A model generated the notes under the pieces. The model worked only from the letters and a program-made list of their open reading frames with translations, was not told the DNA's origin and did not search any database. This document shows, in pieces, positions 16,037-16,377 of a stretch of 16,377 nucleotides of DNA. How positions within the stretch are numbered: position 1 is the stretch's first letter; every line of letters starts with the position of its first letter. A program made the translations under genes and the position numbers. Location of the stretch: positions 1 through 16,377 of the forward strand of contig JBLFWS010000063.1 of the NCBI GenBank assembly GCA_047611865.1. Direction: 5' to 3'. Source of the stretch: Chlamydiales bacterium (GTDB lineage Bacteria > Chlamydiota > Chlamydiia > Chlamydiales > JBDQID01).

Positions 16037-16377
16037 TAAGCAAAGAACAAAACGTTTATCAATTTTGATACCCTGCATTTTTAGAAGATCGGGCATGACT
16101 CAGTTACATAAGCACAAATTCCTTCGCTTCTCTTAAGTCATCCGAGATTTTGGTCAGACAGCCTATAGGCTTAGGAAAAAGTGTTACCTTGTATTGAACC
16201 ATGCCCAAAATGCTCTCAAAATCAACAGTTAGTTCATTTGAAAACACGCACAAGCCGGTTTATGCCAAGTTTGTGAAAAATACAATATTTTTAAGGGGAG
16301 ACAATAATGGTTGATTCTTCTTTATTGGTGGCGAATCTTTTTTGTCATGGAAGACTTCTTTATCGATTTCCAGGCTC

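Noticed and set aside
16104..16377. Possible coding fragments at the right edge: minus frame SLEIDKEVF...NLA*TGLC...VLM* with an internal stop at 16260-16262, or a + start at 16307 after AAGGGGAG
   Set aside because: Short, truncated by the window edge, mutually conflicting and without recognisable homology; needs the adjacent sequence.

Overview
Housekeeping and stress region, most likely from an environmental Chlamydiota (Parachlamydiales-like) genome. The lineage call rests on the ~625-aa chlamydial-type signal peptidase I and a small chlamydia-type hypothetical gene convergent on ahpC. Gene order: lepB(+), CT602-like(+), ahpC(-), MBL-fold hydrolase(-), tRNA-Arg(ACG)(-), trkA-trkH(+), FmdB zinc-ribbon(-), groEL-groES(-), namZ/DUF1343(-), putA(+). 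No transposase, integrase, CRISPR array or defence gene is visible. The unusual signal is in the non-coding DNA: (1) a family of palindromic elements bounded by TATAC...GTATA, including a 167-nt rod whose non-canonical pairs are almost all G-U on the + strand; (2) a C11 tract forming most of the -35/-10 spacer of the CIRCE-associated groESL promoter; (3) a G10 tract inside trkA; (4) a sigma54-type -24/-12 motif upstream of the CT602-like gene; (5) a ~220-bp MITE-like element with 26-bp inverted ends downstream of putA. TrkH also carries a ~45-aa insertion next to its first selectivity filter. All comparisons to other genomes are from memory and no searches were run.
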